Positions 42,301 through 50,428 of a stretch of 64,000 nucleotides of DNA are shown here, piece by piece. The notes under the pieces are model-generated. The model was not told where the DNA came from. It did no database searches and saw nothing but the letters and a program-made list of their open reading frames with translations. The first letter of the stretch is position 1. Each line of letters starts with the position of its first letter. The position numbers and the translations under genes are program-made. Source of the DNA: Paraspadella gotoi (Eukaryota; Animalia; Chaetognatha); the NCBI GenBank assembly GCA_051294375.1, contig CM119270.1:8605213-8669212 (forward strand). Reading direction: 5' to 3'.

Positions 42301-45300
42301 TAATAACAGTTAAAAACTTATATTGTTGTACATTTGAAATGTAATATTATTTTCTCTCTCCCTGTCTCTCTCTCTCCCTCTCTCTCTCCCTCTCTCTCTC
42401 TCTCAATCTCTCTCACTCTGACCATTTCATTTCTTATTCAAAACTAAAATCTCTATCTGTCCTCATTCTTAACCTGTCCTACCACACCCTTGACCACTAT
42501 TCTTTTTTCTCAACTCTGTGTTGGAAACTTTGCCTCTCTCTCTCTCTCTCTCCTCTCCCCTTCTTTCACACAAAAAACTGTACAAATTCACAAATCATTG
42601 ACGCTAAGAAGGCTTGTATCCAAAGCCCAAACATGTACGTTTATATGATAAAATAAAATTCGTTGTGAAACAAAAATCATTTTCCCAAATTAAATGTAAC
42701 AGAAAAAGAAAGGTTATTACCACTATATATTTATTATATAATATATATAAATGTAGCTCACTGGTGCCCACTAATGTATGAAATTAAAAAATAAATTTAC
42801 CAAAGTATTCTTAATGGTTTTTATTTTCACGTTTTATATGCTAAATTTTAATTTTCTAAAATTTTATCATTTTCACATCACTCTAATGGTCAGTATTTTT
42901 TTCATTGAATTAGTTCATAAATAATGAGTTTCCAAGGAAAAAGATTGTTGTATGGACTAAAATCCACCAACCGTTCATCAGCGGCCATTGGTGCCGGAGG
43001 CAAGTCATTCGCCTCCCAACCCAAAGGTCTGGGGTTCTCGCCCGGTGGCCGCCTAGCAGTTAAGAGGGACGGGGCGCTTAACCCGCCTGTAACATGGTGT
43101 TACAGCCTGATCCGAAGCTCAGGGACTGCTTATATTGAACGGTTCTGTCACTAACACATATCAATAATTACTATCTCTTCAGTTATTACAATCGATTTAA
43201 TTCTACTATCTCTATCAGCTACGTCGCTCAACTCTCAGCTCAGAATCCACCCGTAGAGGTATCTCTACGGACTCGGCATGCGGCCACCAGAATTCTTGAT
43301 GTCGTGTCTCATCGCGTTAGGCTCCTCTATGTTCACGGAGTATTGGAGGATTCCGAAAAGGTGCGGCTATTCTTCAGCCCAACTTTTTATCTTGCAAGCC
43401 TTTGGCACTTCAAGATATACGTATGAGAAAACAATGCCGGATCTGTTCACGATAATTTAGCGGTAAGCAGCTAAGCAGATGATTAACCCGCCAGTAGGCT
43501 TAGGCCTGCTGCCAGATTCAAAGCTCTGGACTACATGAACATGCTGTCTCGCTGTCGCCACGAGGTGACACCGCTGCGGGTGTGGCGCCCTGTAAAACCA
43601 GCCTCTTCAAGCGGTGATTAAGGATAAAAAGCTAATCAGATGATTTACCAACTCTGCCCTAATTTAGATACCTCATATGACAGCTAATTTTAAATTATTT
43701 TTTATATATTTTCATGCCAGTCCCTGGAGGATGCTCTCAATATTCACTAGCAAAAACAGTTTTAAAGTTCCTACAATAGTTTCCGAGATATAGTCATAAA
43801 CGTCAGCCTCGAAAGGCAAAATTTTTCAGAATAAAATTTTCTAGTTTCTCTAAAGATTTCTGACGCGCTATTTGAAAAAAAAGAGAAAACGTTTCGCTGA
43901 TTTCTACAAGCATTTGCCATAAATGAGTTATACAACTGAATGTGATATGTCTCTAAATAACAAAAAATTTGCCGAAATTTTTATTTAACAAAGCTTTGTA
44001 TTGCGTAGTTCAAATCCTTAGTTCTTTAACAGAAAGAAAAAAGGTAGCAAGGTGGTTGCGGTATCAAATTAAAGCCCTAATCATGGGACACCTTTTTAAA
44101 ATAGTTTTAATAAATTTTATCCCCAAATATTTATACAGTTTTTTACAAAATTTATGGAGGAATCTACCTAATTATATATCGTTTAAAAATGAGGTGCAAG
44201 GAATTAAAAAAAAAAATCATGAAATTAATAACAGTTATGAAATACTCTTAAGGAAACATTGGACAACATCTTAGAGCGAAAGCGACTGGACCTTTGCCAC
44301 ATGCCGCCGCGTTTAGAGGAGATGCCACTTGAAGATGTTTTCCGCACGATTCCTTGGCTGGAAGGATTTAAGATGGCACAGAGATTTATTCATCAGGAGG
44401 CAACAGTCATTAAATTTAAAGAGGGCGAGGTGCTCAACCAAACTTTTAGATATGAGGTAATGTAAGAATGAATATAATGATTGAAATACTGTTCATGATG
44501 ATTATGCTACAATTCTTTTTAAAACTTGTCTTTCTGTATAAAAAGTTTACAGTATGGCAATGGGGAGACATGTGTGATGCCCGGGGGGTGAGGCATCTCC
44601 GACAGCTGTCGCACAGGGCTCTGAACCTGCAGTGACAACCCCATGTCACTGGCGTGAATATGCCGACACCATCACACTTTAAGCAACGTGACCGTGAGGG
44701 GACAGAACCAGGAACTCACGGTCGGAGAACGAGCACTTAGGTTTCCAAGCTAATGGGACGAGCAGATTTTTACCAAGCTATACGGGAGGCGAATTTAGTA
44801 TTCGCCACAATAAAAAGTTTTTCTGGTATGGTCTCGTCATTTAATTGAGAAAAAAATATATTATAGGGAATTTATATTTTGGCCCATGGATATGTTTTGC
44901 TGAAGGGATTGAAAGGCCTCATCCGTGCCATAGTGGTCAATGGTCTTAAAAAAGAATACAGTGGTACTAAATTAGACATATTTGGCAGGTTGAGTCTAAA
45001 CTGTGCTTTGCCACAGCTTTAACAATCAATTCTTTAATTTTTCTATAAAAAAAATTTGGGTATTATTTTTCTCCAGCTGGCCAGATTACATTCCATTCTT
45101 GTATCTCAAGTACCTGCTTCGCCGCGGTCCCTCTGCTTCTTACATTGAGCAGGGATTTGGGGCCGAGATAAGAAACGACATGTTGCAGATGGAATTTGCA
45201 TTCGTCACCCGCGGATACGTTATAAACGAGATAAATATGCTCATGCCAAACATTACTGTTTGCAAGGCAATCTGCAAGACACCAGTCATAGCTTATTACT

Positions 45301-48300
45301 TGCCGGTTATAAGATAACATTTACAATAATTCTAATTATGGACATGTACTAGTATGCTTAGAACTTTTTGGTAGTTGGGTATTAATTGGGTAAGGACTCT
45401 CGGGCTTTATTTATTTATGATCCATGATTTAAGGCGGCAAAAGCAAGTATTCTCTTAAAGAAGTTTGCCTATCGCTTCGAAAACCTCGAGGCTCGGCTGT
45501 GGAAGGATCTGGCAATGGACTATTATCATGAACTGCCGAACGAGCCGCTCGATCTGGCATCACTAAGGCGGGGATTCGTCGTATTCATGGATGAAGATCA
45601 CAAAAAATCCAGTGGGGAAAGAGTCAAATAATAATTATAATCATTACTAAGTTATCAATCGATAATATTATTTTAATTACCATGATGGGAAAAAAAAGTG
45701 CCGCCGTTTGGAAAAGCCAGTTAATTTTATTGTCAAATATAATTTTTGGCTAATAAATAAGTTTTAATAGGTAATATGACCTCCCTAAGACTGAATAAAA
45801 TGATTATTTCTCAACAGTATCAAATTATTCAATGCATTCAAATAATTCCAAAAGAGGTTGTCTCTAACTGTTTTCACTTCTTTTTGATTAAGAGATTATT
45901 ATATCTCTGACATGATATTTTTTATCAGATTTGGGGTAAAAAATGGTCCTTAGCAAGCGGTGAAAAAGATTGATTCTCTATAAAGTAAACCAGGCTTGAG
46001 TTGTTGCTGCATAATGTGATAATTCATTGTCTTTCACTTCAGTAAAATATTTAGTTGATACTTGATTCCGATAATACATCCAAAGGCAAATAAAAATGAT
46101 AACTTTGCTTACAGAAAGGTTACCTGGAACCTTATAACTTTTATTGATACTTTACAATTTAAAAATAATATTCTGTAACATCTATAGCATCAATGTATTT
46201 TTAATATTGCTCTTTTTTGACATATGAATTAAGATTCATTCCTGAATCTATCCTAATGGAGATAATGCAATAACCATTTGACGTGAGACTAAGAAAAGGC
46301 AGGGATTTTTAATAGTATGATGAAGACTCGTACCACTAAGAGTCGAAACATGTACAATATTAAAAATAAAATTGCTATTCCAACGAATTTTTCGTTTCAT
46401 CTCGAGATTCTTACATTAAAATGCCGAAAAATAACTGGAAAGTAACTTTTTTTCCCATCATGGTAAAATAGATAATTTGATAATTTGATCTTGAACAATT
46501 TTTTAGCTTTGGAAAAAGTTACGTTCACGATGGATTACACCAACTTTCACTCAGCAATGTTACTGGAGGGGACAGCTTATCTTCCGACATTAGAGAAGGC
46601 GATAATATTTGGCTTTATTTAGTTATTTAAAAGTCTAAGTTCTAGTGTTTTTTAGTAGTGCTGCGAGTACTGTTATTAAATGAGACTCAATGTTTAAAAT
46701 TTTAAAATTTTTAGCAATTTTTAATGAATAATTTAATAATAAACAAATTTTCATGAATATTATTTCGAGTTTTGACTCTATCAGAATTGTGTATTACCCC
46801 TTTAGTATTATCACAATACTAAATAGAAATGCGGTCACGTGTATAGTACTCGGTTGTTTTTAGCTCACTTTAGAAAGTCAATGCGGCGCAACACGTTGAA
46901 CTTGCCAGTTCTTGTTTCCATTTCAGACCATCACAGGTCCTTGCGAGATGCCAAGAGGTGAACAGTTCATGGAATTTACAGAAAAAAAAGCATCAGGTTT
47001 GAAAGAGCATATTTTTATTAAAAAAATGAATCAGTTATGAATTATTAATAATTATCAGTATTAGTTTGAATTCATAATTTTAAAAATTAAACAGAAGGGA
47101 CAAACAACAGTTCACATTTCACAGCTATAAAAATATTATTGTTAAGACGCTAACCGATCAAATTAAATATTAATGGGAACAGCATAAAAAAAAATCCCGT
47201 TATCGAAGTTTATAATTATGTTGAGGCGGCCCGTCTCGAAGAGCTGAATAATTTTCTGTCTGAGAGAACAAAGAGTAGTATCTTCTTCAAACTCGAATGT
47301 CTATTCTCTCAAAAAACATCGTTTTTATAGCATGAAAAAGGCATGCCGCAAAAACATTACAAAATAAAGGGAAAGACATGCCCGGACAGAAAAGGCATGT
47401 CTGGACAGAAAAGTCATGCCCAGACCCAAACCGACAATGAGCTGACGCAATATTTACCAAAAAAAAATGACACCTCGCGTCGCGAGAGGAAAACTAAAGA
47501 TAGAGACTATGATAATGACAAAGCAATGATACAGGAGCCGACGAAGGAAAATTAGTTTGTAATCGGCATCTTCAATGTTAAAATATTTTTTTTTAGTCGG
47601 ACTCTATAAGCCACTTTGTCGGTCCGTCGGTCCGCCCCCTCAATCTAGTCGGGCATTCACATATATCATGTCAGAACATCGAATTATGATTAATTAAGCA
47701 AAAAAAAAATGATGTCCGTCCGTCCGTCTGTCTGTCCGTAAAAAACACCAATTACTCGTGGATAAATGGATGGATTGGAATGAACTTTTGTGTGTGGGTA
47801 GGGAAGTGTGTGATTGAGCTGGATATAAAGTTTCGATGGAATCGTCAGAGTGGAAATGAGTTTAAATGGAAAAAACAAAAAAACCTGTTTCACTAATTGA
47901 TTATAGTTCTTTTGCTCTTTATATTAAATGTAAATGCAAGATGTATTATTAATTATAAAAAACTAATTAATCAGTCAATTATTCCATAAATTATTCAATC
48001 AATCAATTTAGCTATCTATTAATTGATTATTCAATCAATCAAGCGATCAATCAATCAATCAAATCAATTGTTATCGGCATAAATTTTTGTCGTCGCCATC
48101 GACGTTGTTATTGCTTTTGAGTTTTGTCGTGGTTAGTGATAAAAAGACTTAAAAACAAACATTTCGGATCAAATTAATTAATTAATTGCCTGATCGCATG
48201 ATATACGTGAATGCCCGACAAGATTCAGGGGGCGGACCGACGGACCGACTAAGTGAATTATAGAGTCGGGATCTGCGGATGGCAGATCCGACTAAAAATA

Positions 48301-50428
48301 GATACATTGTGGCGGTATATTCACACCGCCTCAACATTTAGATTTAATACTGCAATATGTAAATAAAATTGAGAATTCAATCTCATTTAAGATCATATTA
48401 AATAATCATCTCTTACAGTTGGACTTCTCTTTTTCTCTTTCTTTCTCTCTCTTTCTCTATCTCTCTCACTCATACTTTGTTACTTTGTTTTATTTACGAT
48501 GAATGATTAATCACGTCAATGAATGACTATCATCGCATCAATGAATGATTATCATCACATCAATGAATGACTGTCATCGCATCAACATTTGATTATCATC
48601 GCATCAATCATTTCGTTATCATCGCTTCAATTATTGGTTATTAGTTATCATCGCATCAATTTTTTGTTTTTCTTCTTTTATTTCTTTATTTCCTTCTCTC
48701 GTCTGGCGAGATCACTATTATTTTAAGATTTTTTATTACCAAACCCAATCGCTAACCGTAATCACCAACCCTAATCCCTAACTCCCGAACCCTCGACTCC
48801 AATCCTTAATTTTAACCCGAACCTTTAAGCTTAGTCCTTAACCATAATCCTTAATAACAATCACTAACCTGAACCCTAACCTAATCTCGCACCATTATTC
48901 AGAATTTAAGGCGAAATGTGGTGCTTTGAGAAGCCCAAAGGCCGCTTTGTAAGGGCGAACTACAATGTCTGACATTCAATTAATTTCTTATTTATGAATA
49001 TTATTTGTACTAATCCAGTATCCCATATTCATTAATGATATATTAAGTAGTAAAGTAGCATATCCATTTATATGTGGATAAGGCGCTAAGTGGGCTGAAG
49101 ATGACTATCCGCAAATTCTTTAACCCATCTAGCAGCCATGGAACGGGTCCTGGGCTTGGAACTAGGCTTGAGGGTTTTCCACGCCCCCAAGGCGGCTTAC
49201 GGCCGTCCTCACACTTCCCACAGGGTAGGTACCGGGTTGTACCGGGTTCAATCCCAACCCAGTACCTAGTGGTCATGAGCTGATGGCTTTACTCAATGAG
49301 CCACCGGGTCACAACTGAAAGTGTCATGCTTATTGGCGGGGTGAACCTAGGCAATGCCCAACTACATATATAGTTATTATTCCAGGTCAGTACCTAGGCA
49401 AAGTGTTTGTTGTTCCTCATTCTCGTGCCAATCACTTTGTGAAAGGGGCCAATCTTGAAGACATTAAAGAGAAGGTATTGTATAATATTTTAATAATAAA
49501 ATGGTAAGAAATTATATATTTCGTTGTCTGCAGGTTGCAGAAATGCTTATTCAACGAAAGATTGATGGCGTTCAACATAAAGAGAGTGTGGACGACCTCA
49601 TGCAGGTGGCGCTGCAAAGACTGGACGGATCTGACAGAGTTTTCAACCGCAACAGTATGCTGCTCATCTGCATGAGAGCCAGGATTAAGCAGGTCAAAGA
49701 TAACTTGAGGCGATGTCATAGATGATGATTGATGAGGATCATAATGAATACGATGGTGATTATTATGACGAGTGATCAGGTGATTCGCGCGGCTTACACT
49801 CTGGAGGACGAGACAATCACTGCCGAAGGCGTGATTCTTAATGAGGGATGCCTTGCGCCCGACAGCGAAGAGGATGAAGAGAAAAGGATTCAACACGCCA
49901 TAGAAAAATTAGGCAAGCTGATGCAGGTAATTGGTTGGATTTGCAAAAGGAAGTAATATATAAAACATATTATTATATTATATTATTAACTTCATATATT
50001 ATATAAATAATAGATAATATCTGTAATTGAAAAAATAAATACATAAATACAGAAGGCCCATACAGTTTACAATGCATCATGACAAAAAAAAAAGATTATC
50101 ATTAATATATTCTGGGTCACATTCTTTGAAATATTATACAACTTTATTGATAGGGAAGCCAGGTACTCTTGCCTTGGAGTAAATAAACTCGACTGCAGGG
50201 ACCTGCTATGTAAGATATGTAAGATTGATGGAGGCCTTAAACCACCAAAGCCTGTCCAAAGTCAGGGGCAAGATAGCTTATTTATGAAATGAATGGATAA
50301 TTTTTATATTGGTTGTACCAATTTCATAAAACGAACGAAAAACAAAAATAGTATTAAATTTTTTCTAGGTTCCTCCGACTACGGGGGCCACGTACGGTGG
50401 TGCGAAATCCGTCCCAGGAGTTTCTTAA
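2572..50428 (+). CDS. SLC9C1: SLC9C1/sNHE-like voltage-gated Na+/H+ exchanger, multi-exon, 5'-partial (overall span)
   Basis: Manually spliced exons: 2572-2686?, ~3883-4116, 8486-8615, 15462-15535, 15874-16059, 18687-18845, 20658-20721?, 20784-20853, 24803-25249, 27574-27773, 27841-27921, 38533-38706, 38988-39113, 39177-~39317, 43219-43360, 44253-44456, 44867-44988, 45077-45305, 45434-45611, 46507-46598, 46927-46957, 49386-49474, 49534-49692, 49780-49926, 50369-50428. Domain order NHE TMs > cytosolic helices (DRFLADADW) > VSD S1-S4 > CNBD > C-terminal beta region is the SLC9C architecture. Most junction phases are consistent; two are not resolved. Confidence 0.88.
3883..4116 (+). CDS. SLC9C1: SLC9C1-like exon (NHE TM11-TM12)
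   Basis: VTRVLFVLILYPLLRITGFGITWRGAVVIVWSSIRGVVPLFLAA matches the CPA1 'W..LRGAV.L.LA' motif; donor at 4117; acceptor approximate. Confidence 0.85.
4545..5100. repeat. 18-bp minisatellite (CATAATTTGGTCAACTGG)
   Basis: Tandem array; related arrays at 5960-6380, 6750-6820 and 22215-22740. Confidence 0.9.
5960..6820. repeat. 18-bp minisatellite (CCAGTTGACCAAATTATG), interrupted by a solo LTR
   Basis: Tandem array, reverse complement of 4545-5100. Confidence 0.9.
6387..6745. mobile_element. Solo LTR inserted in an 18-bp minisatellite
   Basis: TGTGAA...TTCACA termini, 5-bp TSD ATATG. Confidence 0.7.
7072..7966. mobile_element. hAT-like MITE
   Basis: Imperfect TIR TAAGGCGTAGTAAAAGTTA/TAACTTTCGCTACGCTCTA with 8-bp TSD CTATCCAT. 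Confidence 0.82.
8486..8615 (+). CDS. SLC9C1: SLC9C1-like exon (NHE TM13)
   Basis: TILVSTVGVSLLLMVINGITMSAMLSALGYNQVSLAKR; tgtag|...|gtgag, in phase with the previous exon. Confidence 0.85.
9234..11954. mobile_element. Tc1/mariner-like MITE containing a nested HINE
   Basis: TIR CCATGATGGAAAAA/TTTTTCCATCATGG, TA on both sides; paralogue at 45680-46463. Confidence 0.8.
9626..11478 (+). mobile_element. Helentron-associated non-autonomous element (HINE/DINE-1-like), full-length example
   Basis: T-run, 5' hairpin AGTC(G/A)GATCTGC..GCAGATCCCGACT, GTCC microsatellite, ~155-bp internal tandem units, 18-bp minisatellite, 3' subTIR GCAGATCCGAC plus GTTTGCTCAAAC hairpin and T-run. Confidence 0.75.
11957..12180 (-). 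mobile_element. Old Penelope pLTR relic (continues at about 9180-9231 across a MITE)
   Basis: Minus strand resembles 42400-42620 and ends in AAGGCTTG|TA; continues CAGTAAAGGCGATA beyond the MITE. Confidence 0.55.
12195..12235 (+). pseudogene. 3' part of tRNA-Leu with encoded CCA (extended PBS copy)
   Basis: TCTCTGCGGAGGCGTGGGTTCGAATCCCACTGCTGCCACCA is the variable arm, T arm and acceptor 3' strand of eukaryotic tRNA-Leu plus CCA; the 5' half is absent. Confidence 0.85.
12236..12560 (-). mobile_element. LTR-like repeat related to 25659-25953
   Basis: Minus strand reads TATAAATAGC...AATAAAATTCCACTTTGATTTCATATTGAAATC...CTTACTTAAATG, the same 3' end as 25953 and 26924. Confidence 0.75.
12813..13448. 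mobile_element. MITE with ~55-bp TIRs (Tc1/mariner-like)
   Basis: CATGGTGACAATTTTACAAGCGCCGGTAGAAA..TTTGCAAACC mirrored at 13396-13448. Confidence 0.7.
15462..16059 (+). CDS. SLC9C1: SLC9C1-like exons 15462-15535 and 15874-16059 (first cytosolic helices)
   Basis: Spliced product ...LFLHSD|RFLADADWAYIE...CPECHSRHPNSPSNKELEDMEEEAR; DRFLADADW and the CPxC...EEAR segment are typical of SLC9C1. Confidence 0.88.
16720..17087 (-). mobile_element. Internally deleted relative of the 25659-26924 element
   Basis: Minus strand aligns to 25666-25830, then 26030-26200, then the terminal AAATCTCTGTCTACTTACTTAAATG. Confidence 0.7.
18156..18459. mobile_element. MITE with ~60-bp TIRs and internal TTAGGG-like repeats
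   Basis: AAAGTAGCGAATTAG..AAGGCG..TTGGCCTTTG..TAGCAAGCCTC mirrored at 18399-18459; degenerate GGTTAG units between. Confidence 0.72.
18687..18845 (+). CDS. SLC9C1: SLC9C1-like exon (cytosolic helices)
   Basis: RQRILRLEGVNYSQQYNKGSI resembles 'RLRMLKAEKISYWKQFEHGML'; good splice sites and in phase. Confidence 0.8.
19372..20210. mobile_element. hAT-like MITE, inverted copy of 7072-7966
   Basis: Full-length reverse-complement similarity; TSD decayed; fragments also near 39700-40060 and 50140-50330. Confidence 0.75.
21165..21448 (-). mobile_element. Solo LTR, second tRNA-carrying family
   Basis: TGT...ACA ends, 4-bp TSD CATT inside a HINE; minus strand has A box TGGCTCATTGAG, CTCAT loop, B box GGTTCAATCCC. 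Confidence 0.82.
22215..22740. repeat. 18-bp minisatellite inside a HINE
   Basis: Tandem CATAATTTGGTCAACTGG. Confidence 0.9.
23440..23635 (+). pseudogene. Penelope reverse transcriptase fragment
   Basis: NGQIPMLDVLVKRKEGGSLEFSVYRKPTHTD*YIPFDSHTPLSHKLATVR, the PLE RT thumb motif, with an in-frame stop. Confidence 0.85.
24803..25249 (+). CDS. Probable large in-frame insert exon of the SLC9C1-like gene (149 codons)
   Basis: gattag|GAC...AGA|gtaagc, phase 0/0, open in ORF 24809-25264, fits between exons 20784-20853 and 27574-27773. No recognisable homology. Confidence 0.55.
25659..26924 (+). mobile_element. Deleted LTR-like retroelement with tRNA-Leu-type PBS and gag-like ORF
   Basis: 152-bp direct repeats 25802-25953 and 26773-26924 (TATAAATA, AATAAA; 3 A/G differences); TGGTGACAGGAGTGG at 25954; coiled-coil/Pro-rich ORF 26246-26782. 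Confidence 0.72.
26995..27226 (+). mobile_element. Truncated copy of the second tRNA-carrying LTR family
   Basis: Reverse complement of the 21165/49073 copies, including GGTGGCTCATTGAG...CTCATAAC...GGTTCAATCCC. Confidence 0.75.
27574..27921 (+). CDS. SLC9C1: SLC9C1-like VSD S1 (27574-27773) and S2 (27841-27921) exons
   Basis: HSLAFEIIFIILIIGNSVPLLIE (S1) and WVDVCFMTLYIIEFALR (S2 with F..Y..E...R/K). Confidence 0.85.
27968..34048 (+). mobile_element. Bel/Pao LTR retrotransposon, internally deleted (gag-PR only)
   Basis: Near-identical LTRs 27968-28533 and 33487-34048 (TGT...ACA), 5-bp TSD GATCG, purine-rich tract before the 3' LTR, Bel/Pao-type Cys-His boxes and DSG protease; no RT/RNaseH/IN visible. 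Confidence 0.93.
28690..32300 (+). pseudogene. Frameshifted Bel/Pao gag-protease
   Basis: Fragment ORFs 30495-31001 (gag core-like), 31420-31908 (LCFKCLTPNHLAIRCRSSVSCNQCRGNHHPMLH zinc knuckles), 31950-32132 (TYAMIDSGC aspartic protease). Confidence 0.85.
34737..37326 (+). mobile_element. HINE/DINE-1-like element with extra internal sequence
   Basis: 5' hairpin at 34739, 3' subTIR at 37296-37326. Other full or partial copies at 1-866, 4302-4450, 5627-6970, 13683-14420, 14930-15376, 20878-21950, 22005-23270, 23675-24335, 37330-37636, 39358-39630, 47594-48297. Confidence 0.68.
36613..36718 (+). other. Degenerate tRNA-derived unit, probably a diverged TRIM LTR remnant
   Basis: A-box-like TGGCGCCGGACG, B-box-like GGTTCGCACCC, T-run, then ACA followed by TTAGTGAGCCC, which resembles the 40295 PBS. 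Confidence 0.5.
38533..39317 (+). CDS. SLC9C1: SLC9C1-like VSD S3 (38533-38706), S4 (38988-39113) and following helix (39177-~39317) exons
   Basis: SWGWLDFITLILGII (S3); FIRILRLVRFLRLFRLLRI (S4, six Arg at i+3 spacing); phases consistent. Confidence 0.9.
40062..40710 (+). mobile_element. Complete TRIM with tRNA-like cassette in each LTR (Helenus-like)
   Basis: LTRs 40062-40294 and 40475-40710; PBS-like TGGTGAGCCCGAC at 40296-40308; PPT GGGAGGGGGGGA at 40463-40474; TSD ATAC; tRNA-like unit at 40095-40167. Confidence 0.85.
40731..41505 (-). mobile_element. 5'-truncated Penelope-like element (GIY-YIG C-terminus plus pLTR)
   Basis: Minus-strand SAVAEHTANTGHSF...VLSHDPNWFSRGIREA/IYIKAL..LNRDGG (frameshifted), followed by a tail with a hammerhead motif; inverted pLTR copy at 42497-42690. 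Confidence 0.85.
40781..40823 (-). ncRNA. Minimal type I hammerhead ribozyme (Penelope-type)
   Basis: GACG-CTGAAGA-A-GGCTT(gtatcca)AAGCC-GAAA-CATG-TA-CGTT: intact core, stem I, stem II and palindromic CATG stem III. Confidence 0.8.
42497..42690 (+). repeat. Inverted Penelope pLTR copy with mutated hammerhead
   Basis: Reverse complement of 40731-40925; core reads CTAAGA...CAAA (42600-42641). Confidence 0.8.
42949..43181 (+). mobile_element. Solo LTR of the same tRNA-carrying TRIM family
   Basis: Highly similar to the 40062/40475 LTRs; tRNA-like unit 42981-43052 with perfect GCGGCCA/TGGCCGC acceptor-like stem. TSD not clean. Confidence 0.8.
43219..46957 (+). CDS. SLC9C1: SLC9C1-like C-linker, CNBD and beta-region exons (43219-43360, 44253-44456, 44867-44988, 45077-45305, 45434-45611, 46507-46598, 46927-46957)
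   Basis: QNPPVEVSLRTRHAATRIL, IPWLEG, FKEGEVL..GIYILAHGYV, LEARLWK, LRRGFVV, MLLEGTAY, GPCEMPR follow the SLC9C1 C-terminus in order. Confidence 0.85.
44553..44808. mobile_element. Diverged relative of the 56047-56301 element
   Basis: Shares TGTGATGCCC, the CAGTGAC..GTCACTGGCG hairpin and a terminal GGCGAAT..ATTCGCCACA hairpin. Confidence 0.55.
45680..46463. mobile_element. Tc1/mariner-like MITE
   Basis: TIR CCATGATGGGAAAA, TA TSD, internal similarity to 9234-9620 and 11480-11954. Confidence 0.8.
46318..46400 (+). mobile_element. Penelope-type 3' tail with 5'-clipped hammerhead
   Basis: TGATGAA-GACTC(gtaccactaa)GAGTC-GAAA-CATG-TA followed by AATAAA; absent from the paralogous MITE at 11757. 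Confidence 0.65.
49073..49366 (-). mobile_element. Solo LTR, second tRNA-carrying family
   Basis: Same family as 21165-21448; TGT...ACA; TSD TATA. Confidence 0.82.
49386..50428 (+). CDS. Probable terminal exons of the SLC9C1-like gene (49386-49474, 49534-49692, 49780-49926, 50369-50428 stop)
   Basis: AG/GT boundaries with consistent phases; KVFVVP resembles the end of the beta region; the remainder is unconserved. Confidence 0.55.

Noticed and set aside
47180-47555. Possible extra exon of the exchanger
   Set aside because: No recognisable homology, and exons 46957 and 49386 already join in phase.
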